A stretch of 59,965 bases of DNA from a virus (IMGVR_UViG_3300023174_000184:1-59965), one strand, 5' to 3'. Counted from the stretch's first letter, positions 15,550 through 26,093 are shown. Notes: generated from the sequence alone by a model not told the origin. Numbers and translations: made by a program.

Positions 15550-15701
15550 CTTTTTGATTTCCTTAATTCAAATTTTGCAAGATATACATACACAGTCTCT
15601 ACTGTGCATCCACACTCTTTTGCAATTTCTTCTGGTGTTTTTTTATCCATAAGGTATCTTTTACGCATAAAAGTTTCTGATGTATATAGTTTAGCAGCCA
15701 T
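15546..15701 (-). CDS. 51-aa helix-turn-helix protein
   Basis: Not in ORF track; MAAKLYTSETFMRKRYLMDKKTPEEIAKECGCTVETVYVYLAKFELRKSKR. Confidence 0.75.
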   Translation of the reverse strand: MAAKLYTSETFMRKRYLMDKKTPEEIAKECGCTVETVYVYLAKFELRKSKR

Positions 15702-15705
15702 AATA

Positions 15706-16296
15706 TTATTTGTCAACTCCTATTGCTTTGTTCCAATTTTTTACTGCCCAATGACCAATACCACAAGCATCTGCTACATCATTATCACTAATAATTTTAT
15801 TATATTGAACACTAATAAATTTAATAGTTCTTTCTTTTCTTAAATCTCTTTCATACGTTTTATACCAAGATTCTGATTTGCCAGCATATTGTGCCCTAAT
15901 AAATAACTTTTCATCTTTTGATATTTTTTTATTACCAATAAAATTTTGCCAGGTTATTGGAGAAACTTTTCCAATTATACGAATACCTGATTGACCTGCT
16001 GCTCCAAGTAGTGCTCCCTGGACTAATGCTAAATCTGCAGCGGTTTTAGGACTATTCATAAAAACAGTATGCTCAATTATAAGTGCATCAACATTTACAA
16101 CATTATCAAAAAAACCTTTTGCTTTTCTACCAGCATCAATAACTTTTTCATAAATATCTTTACCCTCAAAAGTAATCTTTCCAACTTCCTTTAAATTGCC
16201 ACCATGAAATGTAGCATAGGCAAGACTATTGGTGCTTGCATCAATTGCACAGATTCTCTCTGGTTGCATTTCCAAACCCCATTTATTCTTGCTCAT
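15706..16296 (-). CDS. ruvC: RuvC-like Holliday junction resolvase
   Basis: ICAIDASTNSLAY, LIIEHTVF, VSPITWQNFIG, DNDVADACGIG RNase H-fold acidic residues. Confidence 0.8.
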   Translation of the reverse strand: MSKNKWGLEMQPERICAIDASTNSLAYATFHGGNLKEVGKITFEGKDIYEKVIDAGRKAKGFFDNVVNVDALIIEHTVFMNSPKTAADLALVQGALLGAAGQSGIRIIGKVSPITWQNFIGNKKISKDEKLFIRAQYAGKSESWYKTYERDLRKERTIKFISVQYNKIISDNDVADACGIGHWAVKNWNKAIGVDK

Positions 16297-16573
16297 AATC
16301 AAAAAATCCTTTTACTTCTTTTATCATTTTATCAACTGCTTTTTTACTAACATTGCAGTTTGCACAAAACCCATCATCATTGTATATAGAAAGCGAAGTG
16401 CCACATCCACCAAGGCATAATCTTACTTTGCCTTTTCTTTTTTGCCTACTAGTTACCCTATATCTTTCAGCAATTTTTTCTTTTGTGGCAATATCTCTAC
16501 ATTCAACACTACAATAAATTTGATAACTTACTGTAGGTTTAAAGTGATTATCGCATCTATCACATAGTTTCAC
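16283..16573 (-). CDS. Cys-rich Zn-finger hypothetical protein
   Basis: CDRC...YCSVEC...CLGGC...FCANC. Confidence 0.7.
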   Translation of the reverse strand: MKLCDRCDNHFKPTVSYQIYCSVECRDIATKEKIAERYRVTSRQKRKGKVRLCLGGCGTSLSIYNDDGFCANCNVSKKAVDKMIKEVKGFFDYEQE

Positions 16574-17369
16574 TAAGCCCCTTCAAAGATTGAATCTTAA
16601 TTACACCTTCTCCAGCATCAGCACATGCTTTTTGAATTGGACATGTTTTACAAATCTTTGAGTTAGATCTATAATTTTTTGTTGGAAGTGTTCTATCAAC
16701 CCAAACTTTGCGAACATCTCTCATCCATTGGAATGTATCATCAATCCATTGGCGATAGTAATCTGTTATTTCTACTGGAAGAATAAGAAGTTCGTGATTG
16801 TTTTTATTTTCATAAATTAGTACACCCTTTGATTTCTTAAGAATCTTCATATAAATAAGCAATTGAATTAAGTGACCAGTCTTTGGCTTTAAAGCCTTCT
16901 TACGATACTCAAACCCTTCATTAAGCATTGTTTTGATTTCTCCAACGATTTCCTCGCCTTCCCAATCAAGCATTGCATCTCCATATCCAAAGATAGGAGG
17001 ATCATTATTAATAATCTTAAATTCTGTTGTTGGACCTTCATCTGATTCATAAATCTTTGCAATGCCAGAATCCATCATAGCCTGTTGAATTCTTTCATGA
17101 GATTTAGTTCCTGCAGTCATATTTGCTGCACCATAAGCATCTGCATTATCTTCAAATGTTTGACCATCAAATGCTAAATACCAATATCTTGGACATTCTC
17201 CATGACTATATGCAATAGTAGATGGAGCAAATGTTTTCTTTTGAGTATGCTTGGAAACACGCTTAATTGTATACCCTGATTGAATTTTTTCAATCATTGC
17301 CTTTGTATCTACAATTTCAGGTTCTTTTACTTCTTTAATCATTATCTGCTGTAGTAAATTTTTTGTCAT
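16560..17369 (-). CDS. Cas4-like PD-(D/E)XK exonuclease with Fe-S cysteines
   Basis: ECPRYWY, GYGDA...GEIKT, QLLIYM, C-terminal CKTCPIQKAC. Confidence 0.85.
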   Translation of the reverse strand: MTKNLLQQIMIKEVKEPEIVDTKAMIEKIQSGYTIKRVSKHTQKKTFAPSTIAYSHGECPRYWYLAFDGQTFEDNADAYGAANMTAGTKSHERIQQAMMDSGIAKIYESDEGPTTEFKIINNDPPIFGYGDAMLDWEGEEIVGEIKTMLNEGFEYRKKALKPKTGHLIQLLIYMKILKKSKGVLIYENKNNHELLILPVEITDYYRQWIDDTFQWMRDVRKVWVDRTLPTKNYRSNSKICKTCPIQKACADAGEGVIKIQSLKGLSETM

Positions 17370-17401
17370 TATATTCCCTTGTTTATATAATTATATCAGG
17401 T

Positions 17402-17707
17402 TTAGCGCATAATATATTTGAGTGCTGCTACCAAGTCATTGATAGATTCTGCTGCCGTATAGTAAATATTTTTCTTTGCTCTATCGCTTTTATCAACATT
17501 AGCCATCCATGTAGCCTTAAAAGACATCTTTGCTGCAATAGCCTGTAATCTAACAATTTCTATAGTTGCAACGTTTAAAGGAATATCTGGTTTAATAATT
17601 AACTTAGCAATCATTGTTAAAGCAGCAGTTAATTCATCATCCTGCATATACTCAGCAATTTCTGCCAAACCATTTACCATATCAATTGTTGTTGCCTGTT
17701 GTTCCAT
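17402..17707 (-). CDS. Hypothetical helical protein of the recombination module
   Basis: Intact ORF in operon context; no motif recognised. Confidence 0.65.
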   Translation of the reverse strand: MEQQATTIDMVNGLAEIAEYMQDDELTAALTMIAKLIIKPDIPLNVATIEIVRLQAIAAKMSFKATWMANVDKSDRAKKNIYYTAAESINDLVAALKYIMR

Positions 17708-17993
17708 TTTTATACCCCTCTGTTAACTGTTCTAGCATTTCAACTTCAATTACTGCAAGTCTTACTTTTGCGTTACCCTCACCTAATACTAAAAATAATG
17801 CTGGATCATTACCATTTCTGATGGCATCAGTAACTGCTTTAGCCCAAATATCTTTGTTTACTGTAATTCCCTTTGGATATTCTTTAAAATCAACTGTAAA
17901 ATTTCTCCAAGTTGCATCACCTTTATGTGTATTACGCCCAGAGTTTTTGTGCTGTTTAGCACCAATTCTTTTAGACTCTGATCTTTCACTCAT
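17682..17993 (-). CDS. Hjc-like PD-(D/E)XK Holliday junction resolvase
   Basis: MSERSE...NSGR...KGDA...VDFKE short restriction-like nuclease pattern. Confidence 0.7.
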   Translation of the reverse strand: MSERSESKRIGAKQHKNSGRNTHKGDATWRNFTVDFKEYPKGITVNKDIWAKAVTDAIRNGNDPALFLVLGEGNAKVRLAVIEVEMLEQLTEGYKNGTTGNNN

Positions 17994-18174
17994 CAATAAA
18001 ATCTTTTTTCTTTTTCTTTTGTGGTATCAATGAAACTTTTGAAAGATGTTTATCAGAACACATCCAAGACACATCACCGCTTGTAGACCATAATCTTGCA
18101 GAAAGAACTTCTTTATGGCATTGCTTGCATAAAAACTTTCCAGGAAATACTGTAAAATCTTTACTGGACATCAA
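17986..18174 (-). CDS. Small Zn-ribbon protein
   Basis: CKQC...WMCSDKH. Confidence 0.6.
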   Translation of the reverse strand: MMSSKDFTVFPGKFLCKQCHKEVLSARLWSTSGDVSWMCSDKHLSKVSLIPQKKKKKDFIDE

Positions 18175-19177
18175 ACAACTTCTTCTTTAATGATTCTTGA
18201 AGATCTAAATCCTCACGAACTCTATTAATAAAACCATCACGACCTTGAACTTTAGTGCCATCTTCTAGTTGATACCAAGCACCTGTTCTATTTACTAGAC
18301 CAATGGATTCTGAGGTATCAACAAGATCACCAAGGCTATCAATACCAACAGCATCTCCCCTGAAATAAAAGTCATACTCACCAGACTGAAAACCAGGAGA
18401 AGTCTTAGAAAATTGTAACTCCCACCTAATCTTTCTACCAATCTTTTCTTCAATGAGTTTATCTCCAACATGAATTTTGCCCTTAATTGCTTGATTATCT
18501 GATTCTGACGAAAATAGTTTAATAACTGTAGAAGAATAAAACTTAGTAGCCTGACCACCAGTAGGCTGCTGGCTAGTATACATAGCACTAATATTATTAC
18601 GAGACTGACTAATAAGTACAAGCATAGTAGGCTTAACTTTATTATTAGCATAATTAAGCATTTTCCATGCATTACTAAAGTCTCTAGACTCCGCACCAAT
18701 TTGTTTTGTATTTTCAAGTTGTTTAAGTTCATCTGAATCCTTTTCAAAATATATTGCTGGAAGAAGTGAAGTAATGCTATCAATAACAATCATATCAACA
18801 CCAGCCTGCATAAGATTTGTTCCAATATCAACCATCTCATTAATAGTGCGACACTGAGAAACAATAAGTTTAGAAGTGTCTACACCAAGACCCTCTGCCC
18901 ACTTTTTATCATATGACATCTCAGCATCAATCCATGCACAAATCTTGCCTTCTTTTTGTGCTAAACCAATCATCTGTAAACATAAAGAAGATTTGGCTGA
19001 TGATTTTGATCCCCAAATAAGAACTTGACGACCATACGGAAGTCCACCATTTAATGCACGATTGAGTCCATAACTTGGTGTGGCTGCATACTCTGTTGCT
19101 GGAACATCGTCTCCAGACATAATAGTTTTACGTAGTTTTGGATTAAGTTGTGCCAGTACTTCTTCAATAGTTACCAT
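18161..19177 (-). CDS. recA: RecA/UvsX-like recombinase
   Basis: LNGGLPYGR, WGSKSSAKS (degenerate Walker A), WIDAE, IVIDSI, LISQSR, PTGGQATKFYSS, GAWY. Confidence 0.93.
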   Translation of the reverse strand: MVTIEEVLAQLNPKLRKTIMSGDDVPATEYAATPSYGLNRALNGGLPYGRQVLIWGSKSSAKSSLCLQMIGLAQKEGKICAWIDAEMSYDKKWAEGLGVDTSKLIVSQCRTINEMVDIGTNLMQAGVDMIVIDSITSLLPAIYFEKDSDELKQLENTKQIGAESRDFSNAWKMLNYANNKVKPTMLVLISQSRNNISAMYTSQQPTGGQATKFYSSTVIKLFSSESDNQAIKGKIHVGDKLIEEKIGRKIRWELQFSKTSPGFQSGEYDFYFRGDAVGIDSLGDLVDTSESIGLVNRTGAWYQLEDGTKVQGRDGFINRVREDLDLQESLKKKLFDVQ

Positions 19178-19494
19178 TAAAATCTTACCCCATGTTTTTC
19201 TGGTCTAGTTAAATTAAATTTAGTCTTTTCTTCAAATGCATAATCCAAAGAAACTTTTGTATATCCTGCATCAACCATGCCAGCATAAAGATCTAGTGTT
19301 CGAATAATAATATCTGCAAACTCTTTTGCAATTTCTTCCTCACCTTTATCTTTACGAACTGCCTCAAGTACCTCTACAACTTCAGATGTAATCATCATTA
19401 ATTGCTTGGCAACAAATATATCATCAACATCTTTATCCCAAAAACCTTTTTCTACTGCAACCTTATGCAACTGTTCTGCTAAATCATCAAACAT
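19177..19494 (-). CDS. mazG: MazG-like nucleotide pyrophosphohydrolase
   Basis: SEVVEVLEAVRK...EFADIIIRTLD; start reassigned to MFDD. Confidence 0.8.
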   Translation of the reverse strand: MFDDLAEQLHKVAVEKGFWDKDVDDIFVAKQLMMITSEVVEVLEAVRKDKGEEEIAKEFADIIIRTLDLYAGMVDAGYTKVSLDYAFEEKTKFNLTRPEKHGVRF

Positions 19495-22400
19495 GTATAT
19501 CCTCCAATGTAACTGTTCCATCTTTTGTTTTACCAAATTTAAACCTATATGCTTTGCCTTCTTCAAGTTTCATATATGCAGTAGCAAATGCTGTTGGAAA
19601 TACTGTTATAGAGTGTAAATCTCTTGAAGTATCTGCAAGAGTGAGAGAAGCCATCTTTTTACCAGCCTTAGTTATTCTTGGTTTAAAGGATACCACAAAC
19701 ATCTCATCTTCTTTATATGGCAATTGTTTATAACTTAAAAACTTAACTAGCGCATCTGAAGAACCTTTAATTTCATCTACTGGAACTGCTGAAACAATTC
19801 TATTATCACTTGCTAAAATCAAATATGTTTTACCTGTTTCAATAGTTGTTTGTTCTTCATCAAAAATACCAATAGATCCAGTCTTATCAAGTATTTCAAC
19901 TCTTGACCAACCAGTGCCACGCTTAATAGTTTTTACCATTCCCATTAAGATGTATGAACCCTTTTCTTCAAAGTCTTCAATCTCATTAATAAATGCATAA
20001 TAATGTGAAGGTATTGTAATATTAAACTCTGGAAGATTTAAATATTCATAAAGGTTTTCTTTGATCTCTTCATCATTACGTGGGTTATCTTGAAAAGTTG
20101 CAGCACCAATAACTCTCATAGCCTGTAATGCACGACTATTAACTCCATTACCTTTTGTAAATGTAAATTCTTCAAGTTCTTTATAAGATTTAAAAGGACG
20201 AGCAGCAATATATTTTTCAGCAATATTGTCTGAAATAAACTTAATTGCTGTTAATCCAAACCTAATACCCTTGCCTTCAATCTTAAAGTCTGCATCTGAA
20301 TCATTAATATGTGGTAACTTTACTGGAATGCCCATGCGCTTTGCTTCAATAAGGTACTCTGTTCGTCCATCTTTATCTTTTTCATTTTTAAGAAGTGCAA
20401 ACATAAATTCAAGAGGATAATGATACTTTAACCATGCTGTCCAGTATGAGACTGTTGAGTAGGCAACTGCATGTGACTTATTGAATGAGTATCCTGCGTG
20501 TGCTTCAAAGTCATGCCATAAATCAAGAGCATCGTTAGGAGCAATAAACTTACTAGCACCACTAATAAAACGATCTTTGAACTCATCAAACTCTTTAGCA
20601 TCTTTTTTCTTTCCAATGATTTTTCTAACTTTATCTGCTTCCGACATGGACATACCGCCAAGGTATACGCATGCTTGCATAACTTGTTCTTGGTAAAGAA
20701 CACAGCCATAAGTATCCTCCGTAAATTGTTTCATAATTTGATGAATATAAGACACATTTTGCTTGCCATGTTTACGAGCAATGTAGTCCTTACCAATAGT
20801 ATTAGCAGCACCTGGACGGACCAAAGCATTTGATGCTGCAAGTTCTGATAAGTTTTTAACACCCATCTTAACTAAAAGATTTGTATATGGAGTTGCTTCA
20901 CATTGGAACACACCTTTTGTATATCCATCAGAAAGCATTTGATATACATTTGCATCATCCATATTAATGTCTAATAGTTTAATATCTTTAAAGTGATTTT
21001 CTTTAATCATCTTAAGAGTGTCTTGAATAACGCTTAAAGTCTTAAGACCAAGTGCATCAATCTTAATCAAACCAATTTTTTCAGCCTCTTCCATATCAAC
21101 TGCAACTACTGGAATACGACCTTCAGAGCCAGTTACAGAGCGTGTCTCCATTGGTGCATACTTAAAGATAGGCTCTTTACTTGTAACAACTCCAGCAGCG
21201 TGAATACCTGTTCCCTTAATGCGACCTCTTAATTGATCTCCGTATACCTCTACTTCTGGATATTTTTCTCTAAACCATGCCGTGCTTTTTGAAGTACAGT
21301 ATTCATCCCAAGTATCAACCATCTTAAGAACTTTATTAACATCTGAAAGCGGAATATTAAATGCTCGTGCAACATCTCGTACAACACCCTTATCCTTAAA
21401 CTCTAAGAATGTAGAAATAGATGCAACATGTCTATACTGTCTAACTAAATAATCTTTTACCTCATCACGACGAGAGTCCTGAATGTCTGTATCAATATCT
21501 GGAAAGTCGTTGCGATCTGGATTAATAAAACGGAAAAACAAAAGACCATGTTTAATTGGATCGATGTCAGTAATACCAAGAGCATAACAAAGCAAAGAAC
21601 CTGCTGCAGATCCACGACCAGGACCAACAAGAATATCTTCTTTCTTTGCCCAAGCAATCATGCTACGAACAACAAGAAAGTACGGACCAAAATTTTTATC
21701 TTTAATAATCTTTAACTCTTCATCAAGTCTATCTAAATATTCTTGATTATTGTCAAGCCCACGCTCTGCTAAACCTTCAAGGGCAATTGCCTTTAACTCT
21801 TTGTCTGGATTTTTATATTGAACTGGAAGTAAATTAAGACCTTCCTTGATATTATAGTCCTCAACCTTGTTAGCAATCTCAATTGTTGAGGTGAACATTT
21901 CTTCATTTGTAAAACCTTGTTCAGCCATTGCTGCTTTCATTTCTTCATATGAAAGTAAATGAATATCAAAGTTTTTAAAACTCATCATTCTGTCTGCACC
22001 ATAAAGATAATCAAGACGATCCATTACATCTTCATGCTTTTGTGATTTATCATATGTTACATCTTTTTGTAACTTTGCATGAGTATTAAGAATAAGCATT
22101 AATTCTTGCATTTCTTTTTGACTTGTATCAGAGTGATGACAGTCTGGTGTTACTGCAGTTTTGACCCCAAATGACTTAGCCATTTCAAACAAAGCCTTGT
22201 TAATCTCAACAGGATTGTGTGGCATAACTTCAATATAAAAATCTTCACCAAAGTTCTCCTTAAACCATTCAACTTGCTTTTTAGCAAATGCATACTCTCC
22301 AACCTCAATTGCTTTTGCAATAAGTCCACTTTGGCATGCAGATAAAACAATAATTCCTTCTTTATACTTTTTTAAAACCTCATGATCAAATCTTGGCTTG

Positions 22401-22759
22401 CTATAAAAACCTTCAGTCCAAGCAAGTTCATTAATTTTGTTTAGGTTTTCTAAACCTTGTTCATTCTTAGCAAGAAGGACTATATGGAAGTAGTTGAGAT
22501 CAAGAGGTCCAGTACGATCCTTCTTCTCTTTTCTTTCAAATCTATCTAACGCAATATAGCCTTCTATGCCAAGAATAGGCTTGATGCCCTTTGCTTTTGC
22601 ATTGCGGTACAGTTCACGATGCCCAGATAAAGAACCATGGTCGGTGATAGCCAATGCTGGCATCCCTAACTCTACTGCACGGTTAACGTATTCTTCTGGA
22701 GTAGCAACACCATCCATAAGTGAATAGTGTGTATGGACATGCAAGCCAACGTAAGTCAT
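19487..22759 (-). CDS. dnaE: DNA polymerase III alpha subunit (DnaE-like) with PHP domain
   Basis: LHVHTHYSLMDG, AITDHG, GPGRGSAAGS, PDIDTD, GIHAAG, KIDALGL, GVFQ, YSFNKSHA. Confidence 0.96.
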   Translation of the reverse strand: MTYVGLHVHTHYSLMDGVATPEEYVNRAVELGMPALAITDHGSLSGHRELYRNAKAKGIKPILGIEGYIALDRFERKEKKDRTGPLDLNYFHIVLLAKNEQGLENLNKINELAWTEGFYSKPRFDHEVLKKYKEGIIVLSACQSGLIAKAIEVGEYAFAKKQVEWFKENFGEDFYIEVMPHNPVEINKALFEMAKSFGVKTAVTPDCHHSDTSQKEMQELMLILNTHAKLQKDVTYDKSQKHEDVMDRLDYLYGADRMMSFKNFDIHLLSYEEMKAAMAEQGFTNEEMFTSTIEIANKVEDYNIKEGLNLLPVQYKNPDKELKAIALEGLAERGLDNNQEYLDRLDEELKIIKDKNFGPYFLVVRSMIAWAKKEDILVGPGRGSAAGSLLCYALGITDIDPIKHGLLFFRFINPDRNDFPDIDTDIQDSRRDEVKDYLVRQYRHVASISTFLEFKDKGVVRDVARAFNIPLSDVNKVLKMVDTWDEYCTSKSTAWFREKYPEVEVYGDQLRGRIKGTGIHAAGVVTSKEPIFKYAPMETRSVTGSEGRIPVVAVDMEEAEKIGLIKIDALGLKTLSVIQDTLKMIKENHFKDIKLLDINMDDANVYQMLSDGYTKGVFQCEATPYTNLLVKMGVKNLSELAASNALVRPGAANTIGKDYIARKHGKQNVSYIHQIMKQFTEDTYGCVLYQEQVMQACVYLGGMSMSEADKVRKIIGKKKDAKEFDEFKDRFISGASKFIAPNDALDLWHDFEAHAGYSFNKSHAVAYSTVSYWTAWLKYHYPLEFMFALLKNEKDKDGRTEYLIEAKRMGIPVKLPHINDSDADFKIEGKGIRFGLTAIKFISDNIAEKYIAARPFKSYKELEEFTFTKGNGVNSRALQAMRVIGAATFQDNPRNDEEIKENLYEYLNLPEFNITIPSHYYAFINEIEDFEEKGSYILMGMVKTIKRGTGWSRVEILDKTGSIGIFDEEQTTIETGKTYLILASDNRIVSAVPVDEIKGSSDALVKFLSYKQLPYKEDEMFVVSFKPRITKAGKKMASLTLADTSRDLHSITVFPTAFATAYMKLEEGKAYRFKFGKTKDGTVTLEDIHV

Positions 22760-22762
22760 CTA

Positions 22763-23419
22763 TTACCAGTCAGTGTTGGTAGCAGTTGAAGTTGATGGAG
22801 TGTCAAACCCTAAATAGAACGCTTCTTGTTCTGCATAAGGAATCTTGTTAAGAGCCATCTCTAATGGATATGGCTTTACTTCTGCCCAGTTAAATGGCTC
22901 TGAGTCAGGTGCTGCTGGAATAAGTGTGTAATTAGTTTCAGTACCCTGACCATTACGCTTTAACTTCCAAAGAACATTTGAAATACTGCCTGTTTCCATA
23001 GCGTATTCTTTGATAGTGTTAAATGCAGACTGCTTGCTGATACCCATTGACCAGATAGCAACATATGGCTCTTCTACGCCATCATCTACAAGTACGTTGC
23101 AATAGAAACGTAGACGTGCTCTCCAGCCAGCCTTTGGATCTTTGCGGTGCATTTCTTCAGCCCAGTCACGACCTTCTGATTCCATTGTATCTACAGCCTT
23201 ACGCTTGTAGTCCTTTGGATTTGTGTGTTCCTTTACAACTAAGGCTAGACCACGTTCAGCATTGTAGTTTGCTGAGTCTTCATCTAGTTCTTCAATAAAA
23301 CGAATTTTTGCTGCTTGACCATCTGCTAACTTTAACCAACGAACCTTTGGCTTACTTCCGTCAAACTTTGGCTTGTCGAGTAGGGCGTTGATTGCTTTTA
23401 GTCCCTTTGTTACACTCAT
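22763..23419 (-). CDS. ssb: Single-stranded DNA-binding protein (gp32-like)
   Basis: WLKLADGQAAKIRF, RFYCNVLV, KLKRNGQGTETNYTLIP, C-terminal DW; TTGACA-N18-TAAAAT promoter and AAGGAG RBS upstream. Confidence 0.7.
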   Translation of the reverse strand: MSVTKGLKAINALLDKPKFDGSKPKVRWLKLADGQAAKIRFIEELDEDSANYNAERGLALVVKEHTNPKDYKRKAVDTMESEGRDWAEEMHRKDPKAGWRARLRFYCNVLVDDGVEEPYVAIWSMGISKQSAFNTIKEYAMETGSISNVLWKLKRNGQGTETNYTLIPAAPDSEPFNWAEVKPYPLEMALNKIPYAEQEAFYLGFDTPSTSTATNTDW

Positions 23420-23445
23420 GATTTTCTCCTTTTGTTTTGTATTAT

Positions 23446-24369
23446 TTATTTTAGCATAGCGATAATAGAATTGTCAAACTGGTATTCTAGTTTTTTAATT
23501 GCATCATCATCCATGTCGCCTATATCTTTATATTTTTTATCTAGATTAATTACAGTAACAATATGACCAAGTTTTTCAACAAGTTTCTCAGTCATAATTT
23601 TTCCTGCTTCATCATTATCTGCTACTAGCACTACATTATTGAAGTACTTTTCTAATAGTCTGATCTGAGATACAGACACATTAGCACCCAGGGTAGCAAC
23701 TGCTGGGAATCCTACTTGGTCAAGTCTAATAGCGTCAAATGATGATTCAACTATATAGACTACATTAGAAGTTTTAACTCTATGTAAGTTAAAAAGAATT
23801 TTACTCTTAGGAAGTCCTGGAGTATTTTTAAATTCTTTACCTTCAATAGTTCTTGCAACAAATCCTATACACATACCATCAGGAGAATGCATTGGAACTG
23901 TTACAGAGTCTTGTTTTTCTGAAAACCCTAAATTAAATTTTAGCATAGATTCTTTTGTTATCTTGCGACCTTCAAAATATCTAACTGCTCTTGGTGATTC
24001 TAATGCTTGATTATTTAATCTCTTTATTAATACTTCATCATACTGAACAAAGTCAGGTGGACTATAAAGAGTTTTACTAATAACTGATTCAAGATTAACT
24101 TCAGAACCTTTGCTTTTAATATATCTAAGAGTTTCAAAATATGATCGTCCAGTCATAAACATAATAAACTCTTCTAGGCTTTTTGTTGTTTGACAACCAA
24201 AGCAAAAGAATCTTCCATGTTCTTTTGAAACTTCTCCAGCAGGTGTCCTATTGTTGTTATGATATGGACAAAAAACAATAAGTTCGTTACCAAATTCAGC
24301 CTCTACATCAACGCCTGCACCATTAAGAACACGTCTAATCTGCTCCTCAGTATAAATTTCATTTGCCAT
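23446..24369 (-). CDS. dnaG: DNA primase (Zn finger plus TOPRIM)
   Basis: FCPYH...FCFGC, IVESSFDAI, VATLGA, ADNDEAG, KDIGDM; start reassigned to MANE. Confidence 0.92.
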   Translation of the reverse strand: MANEIYTEEQIRRVLNGAGVDVEAEFGNELIVFCPYHNNNRTPAGEVSKEHGRFFCFGCQTTKSLEEFIMFMTGRSYFETLRYIKSKGSEVNLESVISKTLYSPPDFVQYDEVLIKRLNNQALESPRAVRYFEGRKITKESMLKFNLGFSEKQDSVTVPMHSPDGMCIGFVARTIEGKEFKNTPGLPKSKILFNLHRVKTSNVVYIVESSFDAIRLDQVGFPAVATLGANVSVSQIRLLEKYFNNVVLVADNDEAGKIMTEKLVEKLGHIVTVINLDKKYKDIGDMDDDAIKKLEYQFDNSIIAMLK

Positions 24370-25582
24370 CTTCAAAATCCTTATAACGATAATAACCCTT
24401 ATCAAAATCTACTTGAACTAAGAAGTCTCCCATGAATCCATTACGGTTCTTTCTAAATACACACTCAATAATATCGCTATTAGGAGAGCGACCAAGTGCT
24501 AGTAGCCAGTCAGCATCATATGAAATCTGTCTAGACCAAGAAGTTTGTCCAAGAGTAGGAGGAGTACTTAAGTCTTTTACATCATCAGGTGTAGCAGATG
24601 AGATAGCGATAATAGGTACTTCTTCACTAATAGACATTAGTTTAAGTTCTCTTGATAGGTTCTTCATCTTTACCGTCTCAGAATCAGCCCTTTGGTTTGG
24701 ACTCATCAACTGAAGATAATCTACTACAACAAAATCTGGTTTATATTGATCAATCTTTCCACGAATAACAGATGGTGTTACTTCTCCCCCAGAGTCATTT
24801 GAAATAATGTGAAACTCTGGTCTGCCTTCAACCTTATTAGCATGCCACTTCTTAAGCATGTCAATCTCAACTTCACCATTGGATAATTTTCTATGTGACC
24901 AAAGACCTTCGCCCATAATTGCATAAACACGATTTCGAATTTCTGTTTCACTCATTTCAAGTGAAACAATCATTGGAGACTTTCCTTGCTTCCATGCTTG
25001 AACAGCAAAGTACAAAGCCATCCATGATTTACCAATTCCTGGATAAGCAAGAAACACTCCAAGTTGACCTGGCATAATTCCAGATGGTAGGTAGTTATCA
25101 AAACCTGGCAAACCTGTTTTAATTCCTTTTTGTCCAATAAGGTTTTGTGCTTGCACTCCTTCATAGTATGCAACGGCAGAATCTAAATCTGTTGCATCAA
25201 TATCACGAATTGCAGAAGTATTCTTTTTTAACTCAGATGTTTTTGTGATTAGGTGTTCTAATGCTTCTCCACCATTTCCACCTTGAACATCGCCTGCTGC
25301 AGATCTAAGGATGTCTTTTAGACTTTCATTTAAATATTCTGTTTGCAGTTCTTCAAGATGATGCTTTGTTGCACCAATGCTTTCTTCTGGTGTAAAGTCT
25401 CTAAATTTTTCAACAACAAGTGAAACTGGAGGAACGGTTCCATTGTTTTCTGAATAAAGTCTAATAAAATTCCAAATATCTTTATGAGTTCTCAGAAGGT
25501 TTTCTACATTGGCTTGAAGAAGTACATGCATTTGCTTATCTTTAAGTACTGCTGATATTACTCTTGCCTCTGTATTATTCAC
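24359..25582 (-). CDS. dnaB: DnaB-like replicative helicase
   Basis: AYPGIGKS, SLEMS, VVDYLQLM, SRELKLM, YDAD, RKNRNG. Confidence 0.93.
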   Translation of the reverse strand: MNNTEARVISAVLKDKQMHVLLQANVENLLRTHKDIWNFIRLYSENNGTVPPVSLVVEKFRDFTPEESIGATKHHLEELQTEYLNESLKDILRSAAGDVQGGNGGEALEHLITKTSELKKNTSAIRDIDATDLDSAVAYYEGVQAQNLIGQKGIKTGLPGFDNYLPSGIMPGQLGVFLAYPGIGKSWMALYFAVQAWKQGKSPMIVSLEMSETEIRNRVYAIMGEGLWSHRKLSNGEVEIDMLKKWHANKVEGRPEFHIISNDSGGEVTPSVIRGKIDQYKPDFVVVDYLQLMSPNQRADSETVKMKNLSRELKLMSISEEVPIIAISSATPDDVKDLSTPPTLGQTSWSRQISYDADWLLALGRSPNSDIIECVFRKNRNGFMGDFLVQVDFDKGYYRYKDFEDGK

Positions 25583-25883
25583 TTAACCACTTCCTCGCTA
25601 GTTCTCTGCGTTCAATTCTTTCTTTTAAATCTTGTTGTACATCTAGTCTACCATTAAGAATCTTCTCTGCATTATATGCAAAATAGTTCCAACTTGGTTC
25701 TTGTGCAATGCTAAAATAATATTCAAGCAGGTCATAACAATCTGAAATTCCATATGACTCAATAAGGGCATCTGCTGCCCACTGCTCTACGTTTATATTG
25801 AGATTAGACTTTTGCTCGTATCTCTTCAAGTAAAACTTGTTGTAGCGACTGAGCAAAGCCATTCGGTCTTTGCGATCAGCCAT
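25575..25883 (-). CDS. Hypothetical protein upstream of helicase
   Basis: Intact ORF overlapping the dnaB start. Confidence 0.65.
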   Translation of the reverse strand: MADRKDRMALLSRYNKFYLKRYEQKSNLNINVEQWAADALIESYGISDCYDLLEYYFSIAQEPSWNYFAYNAEKILNGRLDVQQDLKERIERRELARKWLSE

Positions 25884-25886
25884 ATT

Positions 25887-26093
25887 TTACTCGTTAATTT
25901 CAGACTTAGCGTCTTGAATCTTTTCTGTTAACTTATCTTCTACAAACTTATAAACACGTTCAAAAGCCTCGTTTGTAGTTTCTCCATCACGCTTGCTATC
26001 CACTACGCCTAAATCAAGTCTCAATGATTGAAAATTTCCAAGATTGAGTGTATATCCTAATGTTACATTTACCTTTGTTGATTCGTTTTCCAT
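25887..26093 (-). CDS. Small hypothetical protein
   Basis: VTLGYTLNLGNFQSLRLDLG motif recurrent in phage replication modules. Confidence 0.7.
   Translation of the reverse strand: MENESTKVNVTLGYTLNLGNFQSLRLDLGVVDSKRDGETTNEAFERVYKFVEDKLTEKIQDAKSEINE

Noticed and set aside
16560-17369. CRISPR-Cas system suggested by the Cas4-like gene
   Set aside because: No cas1/cas2 or effector genes and no regularly spaced repeat array seen; the context is a recombination module.
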